A stretch of 64,000 bases of DNA from Bugula neritina (taxonomy: Eukaryota; Animalia; Bryozoa), in NCBI GenBank assembly GCA_964035545.1, contig OZ037770.1, positions 3,814,662 through 3,878,661 of the forward strand, written 5' to 3'. The position numbers and the translations under genes are program-made. The notes beneath the pieces are model-generated. The model saw nothing but the letters and a program-made list of their open reading frames with translations, was not told the DNA's origin and did not search any database. Each line of letters begins with the position of its first letter. The first letter of the stretch is position 1. Positions 40,301-55,300 of the stretch are shown piece after piece.

Positions 40301-43300
40301 TAAAGTAAATTATTATTTATCTTTCTAGCTAAGGATTTCTTGCCGTAAGTTTTGCTTTTATGCATGGAGAAATGTCGTAACAAACGAGTTAAATTTTTAT
40401 AGCACATAAAAATGTAATCTATAAGTCGAAGATATTTAAACTTAGCCATTAACTCATTTTAATTAGAAATGTAGCCTAAATCTAATACAATACAAAATAT
40501 ATACCAGTATATATAATATATTTTTACCATGCTGTTAATTACAGTATTTGTAAGACAAATTTTATGCTCATTAATTAAATGCAACAAATATTTATAAAAT
40601 ACTAATAATGTTGAATAAATAAATTCAATAATTCCTTTTCTATTTAAATGGCTGCATAATTTCTTGCAAGGTTGTATAAAGGAGTTGTGGCCCACCACTT
40701 ATTATGTGTTCAATTGTCATATATGTCTTAGGAAGAAGAAAACTCCCCAAAAATTCTTAGTTTGAAAATTCTAGTATAATTAAAATCACTTAATATATGT
40801 CTTTGAAATGCATTTTGCCACTCTGCAAAGTTGCAGGAACAAATATTGCATGAAGTAATAAATGATTTATGAAGTAATTAACAAACCAATGTAAAAACTG
40901 TTGTTGTATATAGAACACAACATATTGATTTTCTTCAATTTCCACATCAAATCTATATATATTCAATTATATCTAACCAATGCTAATAAACTAAACATGC
41001 ATGCATACAAATATTTGCATCATGTGCAAGTAATATTAGCTAATTAGCAACTATAGCATTTTTTTCATTATCTTTATTGCTTGCATATGTCTAAGTATTA
41101 TTAAAATAAGGTTTTTATTTGCAACTTTGCACCACAAATTACATAAAATCTAAAAACTTAAGTTGTGACATAGGGCTACCTATACACAAATAGACCTTCA
41201 TAAAACTCTCAATGATTTTATTCAACTCATGTATGCAAAAGTTTTGCTTTAAAACAATTCTTCTAAACCACCCTAGAGCAGGGAATTATTACAAAAACAG
41301 CTTCTCATATATAATCTTTCCCCAGATTAATTTTTTTTCCTGTATTTAAACTAACTTAGCAAGTGAAGATTGTGATATCACTCAGGTAATCACATATATA
41401 TTATTCATAGCTGTAATACTTTAGCAATGAATAGATCATGTTTAATTTCCACTCTACCTAGCAGTTTTTCAGAATTATAGAGCTATGTATATCGTGAAAT
41501 TGGAATAGCCTAATAGTTTTACATGTGTTTATATAGCTAGTCAAGTTAACTTAAAAAGCTTACAATAATTAGATGATATTTGCATTCTTTTGAAGGTTAT
41601 GGTGAAGCTACTGCAAAACTGGCCATTAGTTTAGCATAATTTGCAATGCCACGCAAAAGCATGCCAAACAAGCAATGTTTATTTACCTTACCAGTGCAAT
41701 TTTATCACCTTAAACACAAAAGCAAGTATAAAATACACATCCATATTAGATTAACTGTCAAGTTAAAAAAAGACAACATATATTCATGAGCTGGTTCTGT
41801 TTGCACAAGTACAATTTAGACCAGCTTATTATTTAGATTGCCACAAGAATATGACATAAAATATGTCTTTAATCATTATTTTGATATTCACTGGTTGAAG
41901 ATATTTTTTATATCCTAATATGTAAATATTGTACATAAATCTTAAAAATTAACTAGGTGAATAAGGAAAACTGCTAATTTTATGAAACTGTTATGTTAAT
42001 AAAGACAATGGCTATCAACAAATCCCACCAGACCACAAACTAATTGTAAATACTAAAGCAATTATATAGTGCTATGTGTTGATCTAGCCTAGTCAATACA
42101 CCACAAATATGTATTATGACATACCACATTTTAAGTACTGGGTTACCATTTATTCTAATGGGTATTTGTTTAAACTGTTATATACAGCTTTTTGCACTAC
42201 CAATATACAAGCCAGTTGTTATTCTGTCACTTTTTATCTACATCTCTTTTTAATGCCAGTTACTTGTTAGCTTCAGTACAAACAGCTAAACATTCTACTC
42301 TACAGCCAATCTTACTGTTAACTCTTGTTTAACAATATTACAAGAATCTAAAAATTTGGGTGTGTTTTAAGTATAATATTCTATCATTATAACTTTTAAA
42401 TGAAACAATAATATGATAAATGCATTATAACTTTCTGAAAAGTTTGTTTGCAAAGTATATGTTTTTGGAAAATAGTTTTACAACATTTGCTAGGAGCATT
42501 ATATTTATTCCTATCTAAAATAATTTTGTTTGAACTGCTATGTTTGTAATCATGTAATCAGAAGTAAAGCATCAGTAAAATGAGTATAAGTAGAAGCTTG
42601 ACAGCTACATTAGGCATTGCTACATAGTACATAAATGTATGGCCGTATTAAATACTTAGCTGCATTCACAGATAAATGCATGGCTTGGAATTACAATACC
42701 ATGAATACATTATTTATTTAGCTGGGTAACTATACAATTATGCCAAAGTGAAAAGCCTTTGGTTATTAATGCCTGAAATGTCTAACAATCTACTTGGGAG
42801 TCCACCTTGTTGTTACAGAGTGAATGAGTTATTTGTTTGGCATTTGGATGATGGCACAAAGAAAGGCTATTTGGTTTGTTACTTGAGACTAGTAGCAAAC
42901 TGCTACAGTCATAGCATCTTAGAAGATTTTGCATCACTTGCATCACTGCGTACATTATTTTAATGTAGCTATTGAAATTAATATCTCACTGAAAACACAG
43001 TATTGCAAAATCTTAAGCTGTACATAATTATATTATGCATCAAAAAGTACTTCTGCTATTCGACTATCCCAGGTTTATTTTAAACTAGCACTGCCAAAGT
43101 GCCTTGACTCTATTACAGTGTTTACTAGCTAATTTTGTTCTTCTCAATAGTGAAATAGATCTATTGCAAGAAATTAATGACTAGATATAACAATAATTAT
43201 TTTTAGGCAAGACTTTCGCATCTATATTGCTCATCTGCTAGCTTGAAATACCCCTCTCCTTGGACTAATCTCAGGCATTTCATTGTTGTTTAAACAGTTT

Positions 43301-46300
43301 TTAAACTCCTATTTCAATAAATCATTACCAACACTGCCTGCATGTATTAATATTCGTTAGTGCCATCAATGCACTGTGGAGACAGCACCTGATGTTCTGT
43401 ATATTACATTATAGTACAGAGATACTAAATCCAAAACATCTAAAATAATTGATGCTTCTACCAGATTTTTAGCACACCTATAATATGTATTCCTGTAGTA
43501 AATATTAATAAGATGTTTTAACTGATAGTTTTTATGCCATTATAATAGTTTGATACTATAACTACAACTTGAAACTCTTTAACCAGCACATTGGTTAGTA
43601 ATATTGCTTCTTGATATTTAATTGCTGGTTCACAAACTATCAATAATAGGGATGCATATCAAAACTTGACTGCATTCATAATATGATTTTAATGCTAGGT
43701 AATGACTAAGCATGTCTGGCTGATATGAGGTGACTATTTTGTACACTGTTTAACAACATCAGCTGTTTAGGTTCATTTAAAGCATCTGCAAATCTGTATT
43801 ATACATAATTACTGTTAGGGCCAATTAATTAAATTGTTAACCCTGAAATGCTTTTTACACTGTAATACTAAGTAGCAAAAGACATGTATACATATATAAA
43901 CTAATTGTAATTTATACATAACATTGTACATTTAAAAAAACTCACAAAATACATAATTTATTAGCTAAATTTCAAGGCGTTTTGTAGGTAGTGGGTTAAT
44001 TTCAATAAAGTAGAATCCGAGAAGTTGAGTAGCTTTATTCAAGAGGAAGGCTCTCCAACAGTTCTACCAAAGCCTAAATAACATGTAAAAAATAAAGGTT
44101 ATATGCACAATTTTTTTTCCAAAACAGCCTGCAACTGTTTTGCTATTGCATATGCCCTATGCCATTCATCAAGTGGAACAATTTTAACCAGGATATCTAG
44201 AAAAGTTGACACAAGGGCTTTATAAACTATGTAACAGTAAAACTGTGAGTAGAAATTAATTGACACTAATGAATAATGCTTTAGGTGCTGGCAACAACCA
44301 TAAAAGAAAAGTTATATAACAAACAAATAGAAAAGGCACTAAACAAATCAACAGCATTATATACAATTGGGGCACATACATGAAAACAGCAGCTAGTGTC
44401 ATTTTCTTAAGACAGCACTATTTTAGGTGTAAATTTGAGAAGTATTAGAAAATGCAGAAATTTACTGCAATTGGTTCATTTTATTTAAGTTAGTACATAC
44501 TGAAGATCTCAAGTTTTTGCTAATGAACATGAGTTTTGGCCCGAAACTAAAAAAATATCAATAAATACACCTAAATAATCAAGGCTCTTTTTAATTTTCT
44601 TTGATTTCCTATGCTTTTTTCTAATTACAGCAACTTCTGACTCCGGATCGCCACGGTTAGTTTGTAACAGTAGGCAATCCAAATGAAATGAATAAATAGG
44701 AAAAAACATGAGAAATCATGCAAAATTAAGAAGAACCTTGATTATTTAGGTGTATTTCTTGATGTCTCACTAATTTTAAGCAAAAAGCATTGTTCATTAG
44801 CAGCTAAATTGTAAAAATGGCTAAAAACTGCAGATTTCCAGTGTGTACTAAATTAAATAAAAGGACTCAATCACCTTTGCAACATAATTCAATTATTGCA
44901 TGGTCAAGCAGAATAAACTACAATTAACAGCAACAACAGTGTAATAGTTGCGTAGAAAAGTTGTACTGCAAAAAACTAAAAGAATGCAAAATCTATACAT
45001 GTGTGCTACCAAGTAAATGCTGAACAGACATCATGAAATAGTGTACGAAATACAAACTATTAAACTTACCTGTTGATCTAATGCAGCCAAAACCTTAAGC
45101 TTAGAGTAGTGGAATGGTGCTGTTCGATGTTGATATGCTACAAGTAGCTAAGATGACTCAAATTCTTGCCTTTAGGAGTAAGAGGCCTCAGCTCAGTTTC
45201 AACAAAACTTCCAATAATCTCAACGGATGCGCTCAATTAGGAGCCACAACAAAGCACACCCATGTCATTTTAGTAAACTCTAAAAAATGAACGGAAATAA
45301 AACTGTTAGAGAGTAAACAGAGAAACATATAGTGATGGGGGAAAAACCTGTCAGCAAAGGTTATATACACTCATAGTCATAACACGAAGAAAAAGATAAT
45401 GAATAACAAGCTATTCAAGATGACACAAGAAACCAAACAAATTTCTTTGACTAAAAAATATAATTAAATACTATATTACTTGGCAAAAAATATTTGTTTT
45501 GAACAACGTATTATTGGGAAGAATTGCCAGTGTCTTAAATTTTGAGATTAAAGTTTCTGCCTTATAGCAGAAATAGAGAGGCAATCAATAGTGTACAAAA
45601 CATGTTTTCAGTCATTGGCTGTTGACTAAATTGACAAAGGTAAAGAAAGCTTCCATATCATTATTTATTTTGTTCTCAAGTGTGTGGTTACAGTTTCATG
45701 AGTCAGAAATATAATTATTTGAGATATGAAATCAAATGTAGTCAAAAGAGTGTCATACAATTTAAAATGTAGTAATAGAGCTTTGACAATAATTTCTTCT
45801 GCTAAGTAAAACAGGTACCATTATGTGCTACTTATCTTTTAGAGATGAACATCAAGGATGTTGAAAACAAAATAGTTGTAAATTACAGCAAATACCTTTC
45901 TACTTACCTAACCAGAGAAAATAAGTTTTCAACCTTGCATGCACTCAGCTGGTTTTCAATGTTTGGATCAGTGACATCTTTATAACTGATAGCAGCATTA
46001 TGTGATAGCTTTAGGAATTGTTACCTTAAATCTAAATTATATAGAACAAGAAGTGCAAAAATATGGCATTAGTACTCATTGCACAATACACACTTGCTAG
46101 AGTAGCTAATCTAGCATCACATTAATTTAAGAAAGACAAAATTTTTTTTACTGTTCACAAATGATGAATATTAAAATTTGAATAATTAGACAAATTAACA
46201 ATGATATTGATGTTACTTCAAACATTACTAATGGTAAACACCAAAATACTAATAGGAATAGTCATGTTAACATCAATTAGAAAAGTAAAGATAATTTGAA

Positions 46301-49300
46301 AATGAGACAGTTTATAGGTCTAACTCTTATAGTTGACAAGCAATTACAGGGCAGTCATATTGATGTAGGCTACCCTCAAAATGTAGCACTTTAAAAATAT
46401 TAAAAAGAAAGCACATATAAGAACATAATCTTAAAAATAGGCATATGTGACACCTATATTTTGATTACCAAAGAAATCTTCTTTACTTTATTAATCTAGC
46501 TCATATAATGGTATTCTGTATTATAGTATGTTATTTTAATACTTGAAATCTAATCAGCTACAGAAAAGTACTTCAATTCAAAGGCCTTCATAATTATTCT
46601 TTAGTTTGCTATTTAAATAGACAATAAGGTTGATGAATAAAATAAAAGTTAGTAAAGTAAAAACTAAATAAATTGAGAATAATATTTCCACTCTAAGGTT
46701 ATAATCCTTATAAATTAACATTTTAATACTCCTGTTATCCTTAGGTATAGTTGTTAGCAATTTAAGTATGAGCTCGAAGCCAAATGTCAGTATCAGCATC
46801 CCCATTACATTGACTAAGACTGACTTTATAACCCTCAAGCTGTGGCACTCAATTTCTATAAGTAGTAACTAATAACAAATATAAAATTATTTATTTGCTA
46901 CTGATAGTGATAATAATTAAAAATAATAATATGATCCATTAAAATAGAACTAATAAAGCCAACGACGTTAATGGTATGTCTAACTAAACATGGCATGTCT
47001 CGTCTGGCAGTGGGTATGTGGAGGACCAGGCAACCTACGGCCGTCAACCCGTTACTGGCACAACTAGAAGAAGATACTCAAGAGAAGACAACAAAGTTGT
47101 CATGGAATGCTACTTCAAAAGTACACCCAAATTGAGAGGTTATAGAAAAACAATGTATGAGCTCTGTAGACCCGGATCAAAGAATTATTTAAAAAGAATG
47201 TGCAAACGCTGGAAAACAGAGGAGAGTTTAACATCAGCGAAGAAAAATATAGGATAAAGAACAAAGAGTGTGGTGTAGTGATTGAAAAACTGAAGCAAAA
47301 CCTGAGAGCTGTAAGCCAGAAAATAAACAGATATACAGAATGAGTTGATCAATATAATCAGAACACAATGTTTACAATGATAAGCGCTTTTATCAAGAAT
47401 TACGAGGAAATGAATGTACATCTAAAGAGGCACCTGACAAGGAAATCAAAAGCATTCTGATAAAATATATGGGGTCAGCCAACTAAAAATAATACCAATG
47501 CAGAATAACTAAATAAAGTTAGCAACAAATTGGAGCATATGTAAAGACAAGGAAATTAGATCTTAGAAACGATGCAAACAACTGGAATAGCAATTAATGT
47601 CATAAGGTTGATAAGAAAAAGCATGAAACCTGGAAAACACAACTGAAATACCTGGAAGAAAAGATAGGAAAAATAAAGATCAAACTAAGAATTTTCCAAG
47701 GAGACTCTTTATCTCTATCCCTTTTCTCCAACTACCGATTCGCATGACAGAAGCGGCTCAATGATGCAAATTTCGACGAGACAGAAAACAAACCATCTCC
47801 TATATGTGGATGACCTGAAGGTAAATAGGAAATCAAAGTCAGAACTGGAAGCTTTGGTAAACACTGCCGGGATCTTCACAAGGAATATAGAAATGAAATT
47901 TGGATTAAAAAATGTGCCACACTGGTTATGAGAAAGGGAAAGAAAATCAAGGACACAGGAATCAGTTTGCCTGATGAACAGGTAATCAAAGATCTGGGTG
48001 AGAAGCCGTATAAATATCTAGGAGTTCTTGAGATTGATAGAATACAAATATATGAAATGAAAAATAAGATCAAGGAGTACTACAAACAAATAAGAAAAGT
48101 TCTGGATTCAAAACTGAATGGTGAGAACACAATTAAAGCAATAAACACATGGGCAGTAACAGCAGTGCATTACACAGCTAGAATACTTGACTGAACTGTT
48201 TCATGAGCTAAAAAATATGGACTGAAAGACAAGGAAGCTAATGACAACAAACCGTGCACCCTATCCGAGAGCAGATGTAGGCAGGCTGTATTTTAGCAGA
48301 AGGGAAGGCGGTAGAAGAATGTTGTCAACTGAAAAATGCATAAAGATTGAAAACTGCAGCATGTCAGACTACATAAATAAAACATAGACTGATAGAAACA
48401 CCACACTGAATACCTTCCTAAAAGACAAAACGGCGGTAGAACTAAATAATGATAAAGTGATAGAAAGAACTGATGAGTGTAAAGAAAAGCTTCACGTGGT
48501 CAATACATCATCAAAATGGTGGAAGACATGAAAGCATTTTCCTGGAACTGGTTGAAGTATGGTTGGCTGAAAAAGGAAACAGAAGGACTGCTGACAGCTG
48601 CGCAAGATCAACTATTCACTACTAGAAATTATAAAGTGGCTATGGTGAGAGAACAGGGTAGCAAGAAGTGTGGAATGTGTAACGCAAGAGACAAAACTTC
48701 GATGCACGTATTGAGTGAGTTTGAGAAGGTAGCAGAAGGAGAATATATGAAAAAACACAACCTTTTGGCATTGATAATTTCAATAGTAGTTGTGTGAACT
48801 TCGTGGGTTTCAGAAAAGTAAAAATTGGTACGGCCATCAAGCAGAATCAGTACTGGAAAATGATAATGTAAAAACCTTGTAAGATTTTAACATACACACT
48901 GACGTAGTCATCAAAGTTAGGAGACCCGATATATTAGTAGTTGACAAGCATAATGCTGAAACAACGATAATTGATATCACAGTCCCGGTTAACTACAGAG
49001 TAAAAGAAAAAGATTCGAAAAGTTAGGAAAATATCAGAATTTAGCACTAGAATAAACCCGCCTTTGAAAAACATCAAAAAGTCATCCCGTTGTAACTGGA
49101 GCCTTTGGAGTTTTATACAAGATTGTAGACTGGCTGACACTACTTGGAGTAGCTGAAAACAAATGCTCATTAATTCAGCAGACACCCTTACTAGGATCAG
49201 GATAAGCTCACATCCTGAGGAAAGTTCTATCCATTTCAGCCTAGTATAACTAGGCCAATGGTAAAAGGTTACACCAGCTAAAAAACTACGGTCAATCAAC

Positions 49301-52300
49301 AATAATAATGATATACAACTATATTAGTGCAGTTGGTTCTATTATTAGATTAGCATATCGATTATGACTTTTCGATTGCCACCCTGATACTATGAGTAAA
49401 ATGTACAAGCATACGTGAAAGTATAGATATGATCATAAGTATAAAAATAGGTATAAGTATAAATATAAATATAGGTACAAGTATAAAACGAATGATTATA
49501 TTATTAATAATATTAGTCAGTGATACCTATAACCGTAATGGTTTTTAGACTTACAGTTATCATTAACATTAGCTGAGTAATATGATTAGTTAAAATAATG
49601 GTATTCATTAATATATCATAGTTATAAGTTATAACTCTAGTCTCTAAAGAGCAACAGCAAGTGTAATTGGGATATTCATATTAAATTTCATATTCACATA
49701 GTGCAATGTTTATGTTATGAACTAATTTATTTCTTCAACATTTAACTATAAATATGATTAACACTAACTTTGACCAGCAGTATTACTAAAAGAAGCGTAT
49801 TACACATATAAGATAATAAAATTCTAGTAGTGGGACTAATAGTATTACTAGGTCCGGTATTATTCTTGTTATCTTATTCATCATTCATGAGTTATCAAAT
49901 TTAAAATTACTACTTATTAGCATCGGCATATAAAAAGTAAGATCATTAGGAATAATTATCATGAGGTATGATCTATGATTTGCATTATCCATATATAGTT
50001 TAATACCAATATGATATATTATTATTGCTGATAGTCTATGTTATAGTTAAATTTATACTTATCTTTACAGTTACCTATAGTAGCACTTATTAGTTATTTG
50101 TGGTAGCCAAACTAATGTTTAATATTAATAAATTAAACTGAGTATCATAAAAGTGTTACTAAGAATTTTAATTATAATCGTAATGGTGATCATATTACTT
50201 TATTATAATTATTATATTTTATCATTAATGCTAAACTGAGTTAATGTATATACTTTGAGTTTTACTATTACTCATTATATTTACACTTATAGTAAAACTA
50301 AATATGTAAAAGTTATACTTATACTATTATTATTCGTATTTCATTAGACTTACATCTAAGATCGCAGTCCTATTACTACTACCACTGATACTAGTACTAC
50401 AACTAGTACTAGTACTGCTACTAGTACTACTACTACTACTACTAATAGTACTGCTACTACTACTACTACTAGTACTACTACTAGGTCTACTACTGTACTA
50501 GTACAACTACAAACTTTGAAAATAACTGCAAGAAAGGTATGACTTACTCTTTTTCTTAGTCTTACTGTGACTCTCAGTCGTAATGTAAAATAAAATTGTG
50601 AACTGTAAAGTTAAACCCAAGGCTGAAATTTATTTAATTAAATTTAGACAATCTGAATCATTGGCTCAATCCTTGAGTTTGACTATTACTATTATTATTA
50701 GTGTTACGATTGTGATTATCATTGGCATTATCATTATGATTATGATTATGCCATTATCATTATGATTGTAATTGTGGTAATTCTAACATTAATTATAATC
50801 ATAAATTAAAAGGTAATGATTAATGATAATTATTTTCATTTTGTAATCATAATGATAATCATAATGATGTAAATTTTGATGTAAAACCAAAATACTAAAA
50901 CTAAAAGTAAAAGTTATAAAATTAAATGATAAAATATTATAATGATAATTATAATTATTATATTTATTATATTATTATTGAATATATTATTTTATTAAAA
51001 AATAGGTTGCAGCTTAGCATGATTAAAATTCAGTAAAAATTAGTTTACCAACAGCAAACATGCATGCGTCTTGTCAACATTCAATTCGTAGTGCCATAGC
51101 GAAGCCAGATTACTGGTAGTACGACTACTAGAACTACTACTACTAGTGATGGATTACAGATCCCTGGCGATTTTAGCTGTGAGTGACCTTCACCTCACAT
51201 TCTCGTCATGCGCGCGGTATTAGACTAAGTAGAGGGTATAAAGCACTGAGCTGGAAAAGAAATAATATATTTTAATTATAGGTAATACTAATAGTAATAG
51301 TAATAGTCATATAAATTTAAGTTATATTTACTCATTACCGGCAATCACAATGGCAATAGTAACTTAAATTGTAACAGTAATGGTATGGGTATGTTTGAAA
51401 TTGTCACTATCAGTATTGTTATGAATCAAAATATAATGCTATCATACCAATAATTTAAAATAATATTACAAAGCTTCAGTAGCAACTTTTACTTGTACCA
51501 GTTTGGAATTTTGAATTATACATATTCTTAGTTAAAGTCTTCAAGTTTATTGTCAAAATGAACTTGAAATTAAAGACTTAGTAGTAAAAATTAAACTAAG
51601 ACTGACTGTAAGTGACTAAGATTAAAAATAAGTAATTTTAAATATCGATTTAGTATTTTTCTTACTCTTTGTCTTAAAATTGACTTTTATTTTGCACCTA
51701 CTCCTGGTCAATGATTCTTTTTTCTATTTATATTACTATTGCTATTAGTATAATTGACTTAAATTTAATAATAGATATGATTATATCTTTATAGATGTGA
51801 TATTTGATTTTATGAATAGTAATTCGAAAACTCTTTGGTATTATTTATTTTTGATCATTGTAGTTATTATCATTATATTTGTATAATAATTATGATTATC
51901 AAATTCAATATCGATATTTGTATTATGGTATGGATATCTGCCTCCATCCCATGTTCTGTTTTGCAGTGCCTTTTTACATTCACGTCTAGGTTCACATTGC
52001 GATGGTCATACTGATAGCACTTGGGGACAGTGATGAGCATAATGATTATCACTAATATTAAGATTATCGTTATTAGGATTTAGAATAATTTAATAAACAA
52101 GCAACTAAAAACAAATGTTTTTACTAATATACATATTAATTACTAATATAAATATACTACTATGAATATTATAATTATTATACTTTACAATTCAAAGTAA
52201 GATAATCATTTTACAAACTGGTAAAACTAAATATAAAGTAAATGTAATAATACTAATAGTAGTTATCCATTCCCCTTTGGTTTCACATACTAATAATTGG

Positions 52301-55300
52301 AAACCTCTGTCCTAATATTATTTCTATTAATATTGCTCAAAGTTTGATCCCTATTTAATTTTATAGTTCACTCACCAGCTACATAATTTTATTAAAATAC
52401 ATGTGGTATTGGTTATAGTACTAGTGAAACTTGAAGTTGAATAGCATGCTTATTACTCACTGCTCTTTGCTTACATTATTAGGGTTACTCTTTAGTCTTA
52501 GAGATACCCTAACATAAACTTGAAAGCTGCAGGTAGTACTAGTCTAGTGCTGTGTTAATCCTACACTGTTGACTTATCAACACTGTGACTATAATTATGA
52601 CTCCTAAGTCAAAGTCATTTTCATATAGTAGTAATCACTATGACAGACTGAAAGTCAGGAAGACTAAATATAATGGTAAAGTGTGTAAGAATAAATCATA
52701 CTTAATCAATTACTTTTAGTTTTGTTACCAGTGTTGGGTCAACTTTCAGAATAAAGAATAAATATAATTATAAAGATAAATGGATAAATATTCCAATCAT
52801 GGTTCAATGTGCCTATTTTAAGCTGTTAATTTAATTACTATAATATAAGTGCTCTAAATACAACTTTTGATTTTCATAATTATGTTTCAATTTAATACAG
52901 ATACCATAGTATCATATACAGTAGAATCAGTTGTATCCTATTTAATAATGAAGTAACTTATTGGAGCTTTCACAGTTATTAATCATTCACTTGTTAGTCT
53001 TTGAACTGGGACAATGTTTGAAACTTGAAGTAGAATGAAGTTTGATTTCAGTTACCGCAATGGTATCTGCAGTCACAATAGGAATACGCATATAACTATG
53101 TTTATATTTGTGAAAAATATATAGTCAAAACTAGATAAGGTAATAGTAATTATAATTGGTTTCACTTTTAATATATTCCTATAAACTGGAAAATAGACAG
53201 AAGCATTTAATCATGAAAGTAAACCTAGTGGAAGTAAATCAATTCACTAAGTATAGTAAAATATTTACTATTCAGTAAGTTTATTTACTTTAGTTAATTG
53301 TACTTGATTATTTCTGTCGGTTTTTCAGTTGATTTTTCTACCTTTTGCTATAGCATATCAAACTACCACAAAGTCATGCTTCCGTATTACAATTATAAAC
53401 ATAGTGTTACTGTGTAATGTTATAGTAATGTAATAGTAATATTTGGATCATTGTAAGTATTTCTGTTGTTGTACTGATTGATAAATATTTTTTAGCTTGC
53501 ATGGATATTTGCAACGATCAAGATGTCATTTGAACCTGGACTGGAATAAAGATGGCAAATCGAGAAGCTAGCTACAATTATTCTGCAAAAAGAAACTTGG
53601 TAAGCAAAAATAAGCTGCAGCATTAATCAGTAAGCAATATGACGATGAACTTTGCTTGATTTTGATTGACCTTAAAATATCTGGTCACCTTTCACCAACG
53701 TGGTCCTGCGCGGGTGGCGGGTGACCTTAAAATGTCTGTTGCACGTAAAATAAATTTTGTGACAGTCAAAAGTATGCTGATCTTTTTCGTATTTCAGTGC
53801 ATCAGTGTCTTAGCTTAAGAGCTGAACCCAATAATTATGATCTAAAGCTGTTTTTTACTGTCTTTCTGATTATTCTTGGTTTTTCAGCTTGATGAATTGA
53901 ATAAATGGATTTGATTTCGGGTATTATGTAATGGATGAAAGAAATTTTTCTTAAATTTGTACTGAGCAATTTTTGCTATTGCTATGATGTTTAGTGATAA
54001 AATTGCACCCTTAATAACCCTGAAAATTATCATTACTAGCATTTGTTTATGTTCATTTTTAGGAAATTAAAATGAAGACACAACTCACCGATGCTATCTC
54101 ACTGTGCCTGCATGCAGTTCATCTAAAAAGGTACTCCTATTAGCTGGCTCTTGCCCAATACCTGGTTGTCTCTGTAACTATTTTTTGCTCACAGATGAGT
54201 TTTTTGAACTTGACATTTTATTGATTTTGAAAGTTATAGTGAGCTTTGAACTTGCTAGCATCGTTTTTAAAGACTTGCTGCAGTTTTTATCAACATTTTT
54301 TAAGTAAATGGTGTTAGTCTGGAAGCTCTCTCACTCCTCTCTCTGTCTCTTTCTCCCACACCTTCCACTCAACCTCTCTCTCTTTCTCTCCCTCTCTCCC
54401 ACCCTCTGTCTCTCCCACCTTCTTCCTCTCTCTCCCACTCTCTGTCTCTCCCACCTTCTCTCTCTCCTAACCTTTCTCTCCTCCCTTTTCCACTATCTCT
54501 CTGACTCTCTCCCTTTCTCTCTTCTACCCCATCTCTCTTCCATCCTCTCTCCTAACCGTTCTCTCCCACCCCCCTCTCCCACTCTCTTTCTCTCTCTAGT
54601 TTGCATGGCTTTACCCAATTTTGGTTTATTTTTTATTTTGTTTCAGAGTATCCAAATGGAAAGCTAAAATTTATTTAATATATATTATACCAAATTGAGC
54701 TTTACATATGATATCAAATAAATGCTGTGTTTTGTTAAAATCAATGTTTGCAACTTTGTAGTATATTCAAATTCATAATTTATTTGTAGAGTCACACAAC
54801 AAGACACTACTCTGACACACTCACAAGTTGCCACTGATCCAGCAGTATAGATGATTGTTTTCTCCACTGGCTATGCTGTCACGCTTTACTGATGTGGTGT
54901 TTGAAACAAACCAATTGTTTGCCTACGCAGACTAGGGTGAGAAAAAAAGTGAGAAATGAAAGCTGTTTTTAATACCAACTACACTTTGTTTTTATTGAAT
55001 GAAAAACAAAGTGAAGTCATTAGTTATCAGTTAAATGACTAAATCACTGTTTATAAAGATGAAACACAAATAATCTTATAATATGCTAATGAAATTTGGC
55101 TTTCAAATAGCTTTTTTCTGTATATTTGTCGAGGAAGTTTATCTTCAACAAAACTTCGTAGCTGTTGAATATGTGGAGAGTATTTTATGTTGCATAAATT
55201 TATAGAGTAAAAGGTTCTAATCAAAATTTTTCAACTTGGCTCATCTACGGTTTAAAATTGTGAGTCACCCTTCACACTAGAGTTTTATAAAGTTTTAATG

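Noticed and set aside
46578-46838. Hydrophobic ORF resembling a mitochondrial membrane protein (NUMT)
   Set aside because: No recognisable motifs; explained by AT-rich triplet-periodic low complexity.
54308-54667. 119-aa Leu/Ser/Pro ORF
   Set aside because: Translation of a CT-rich low-complexity tract.
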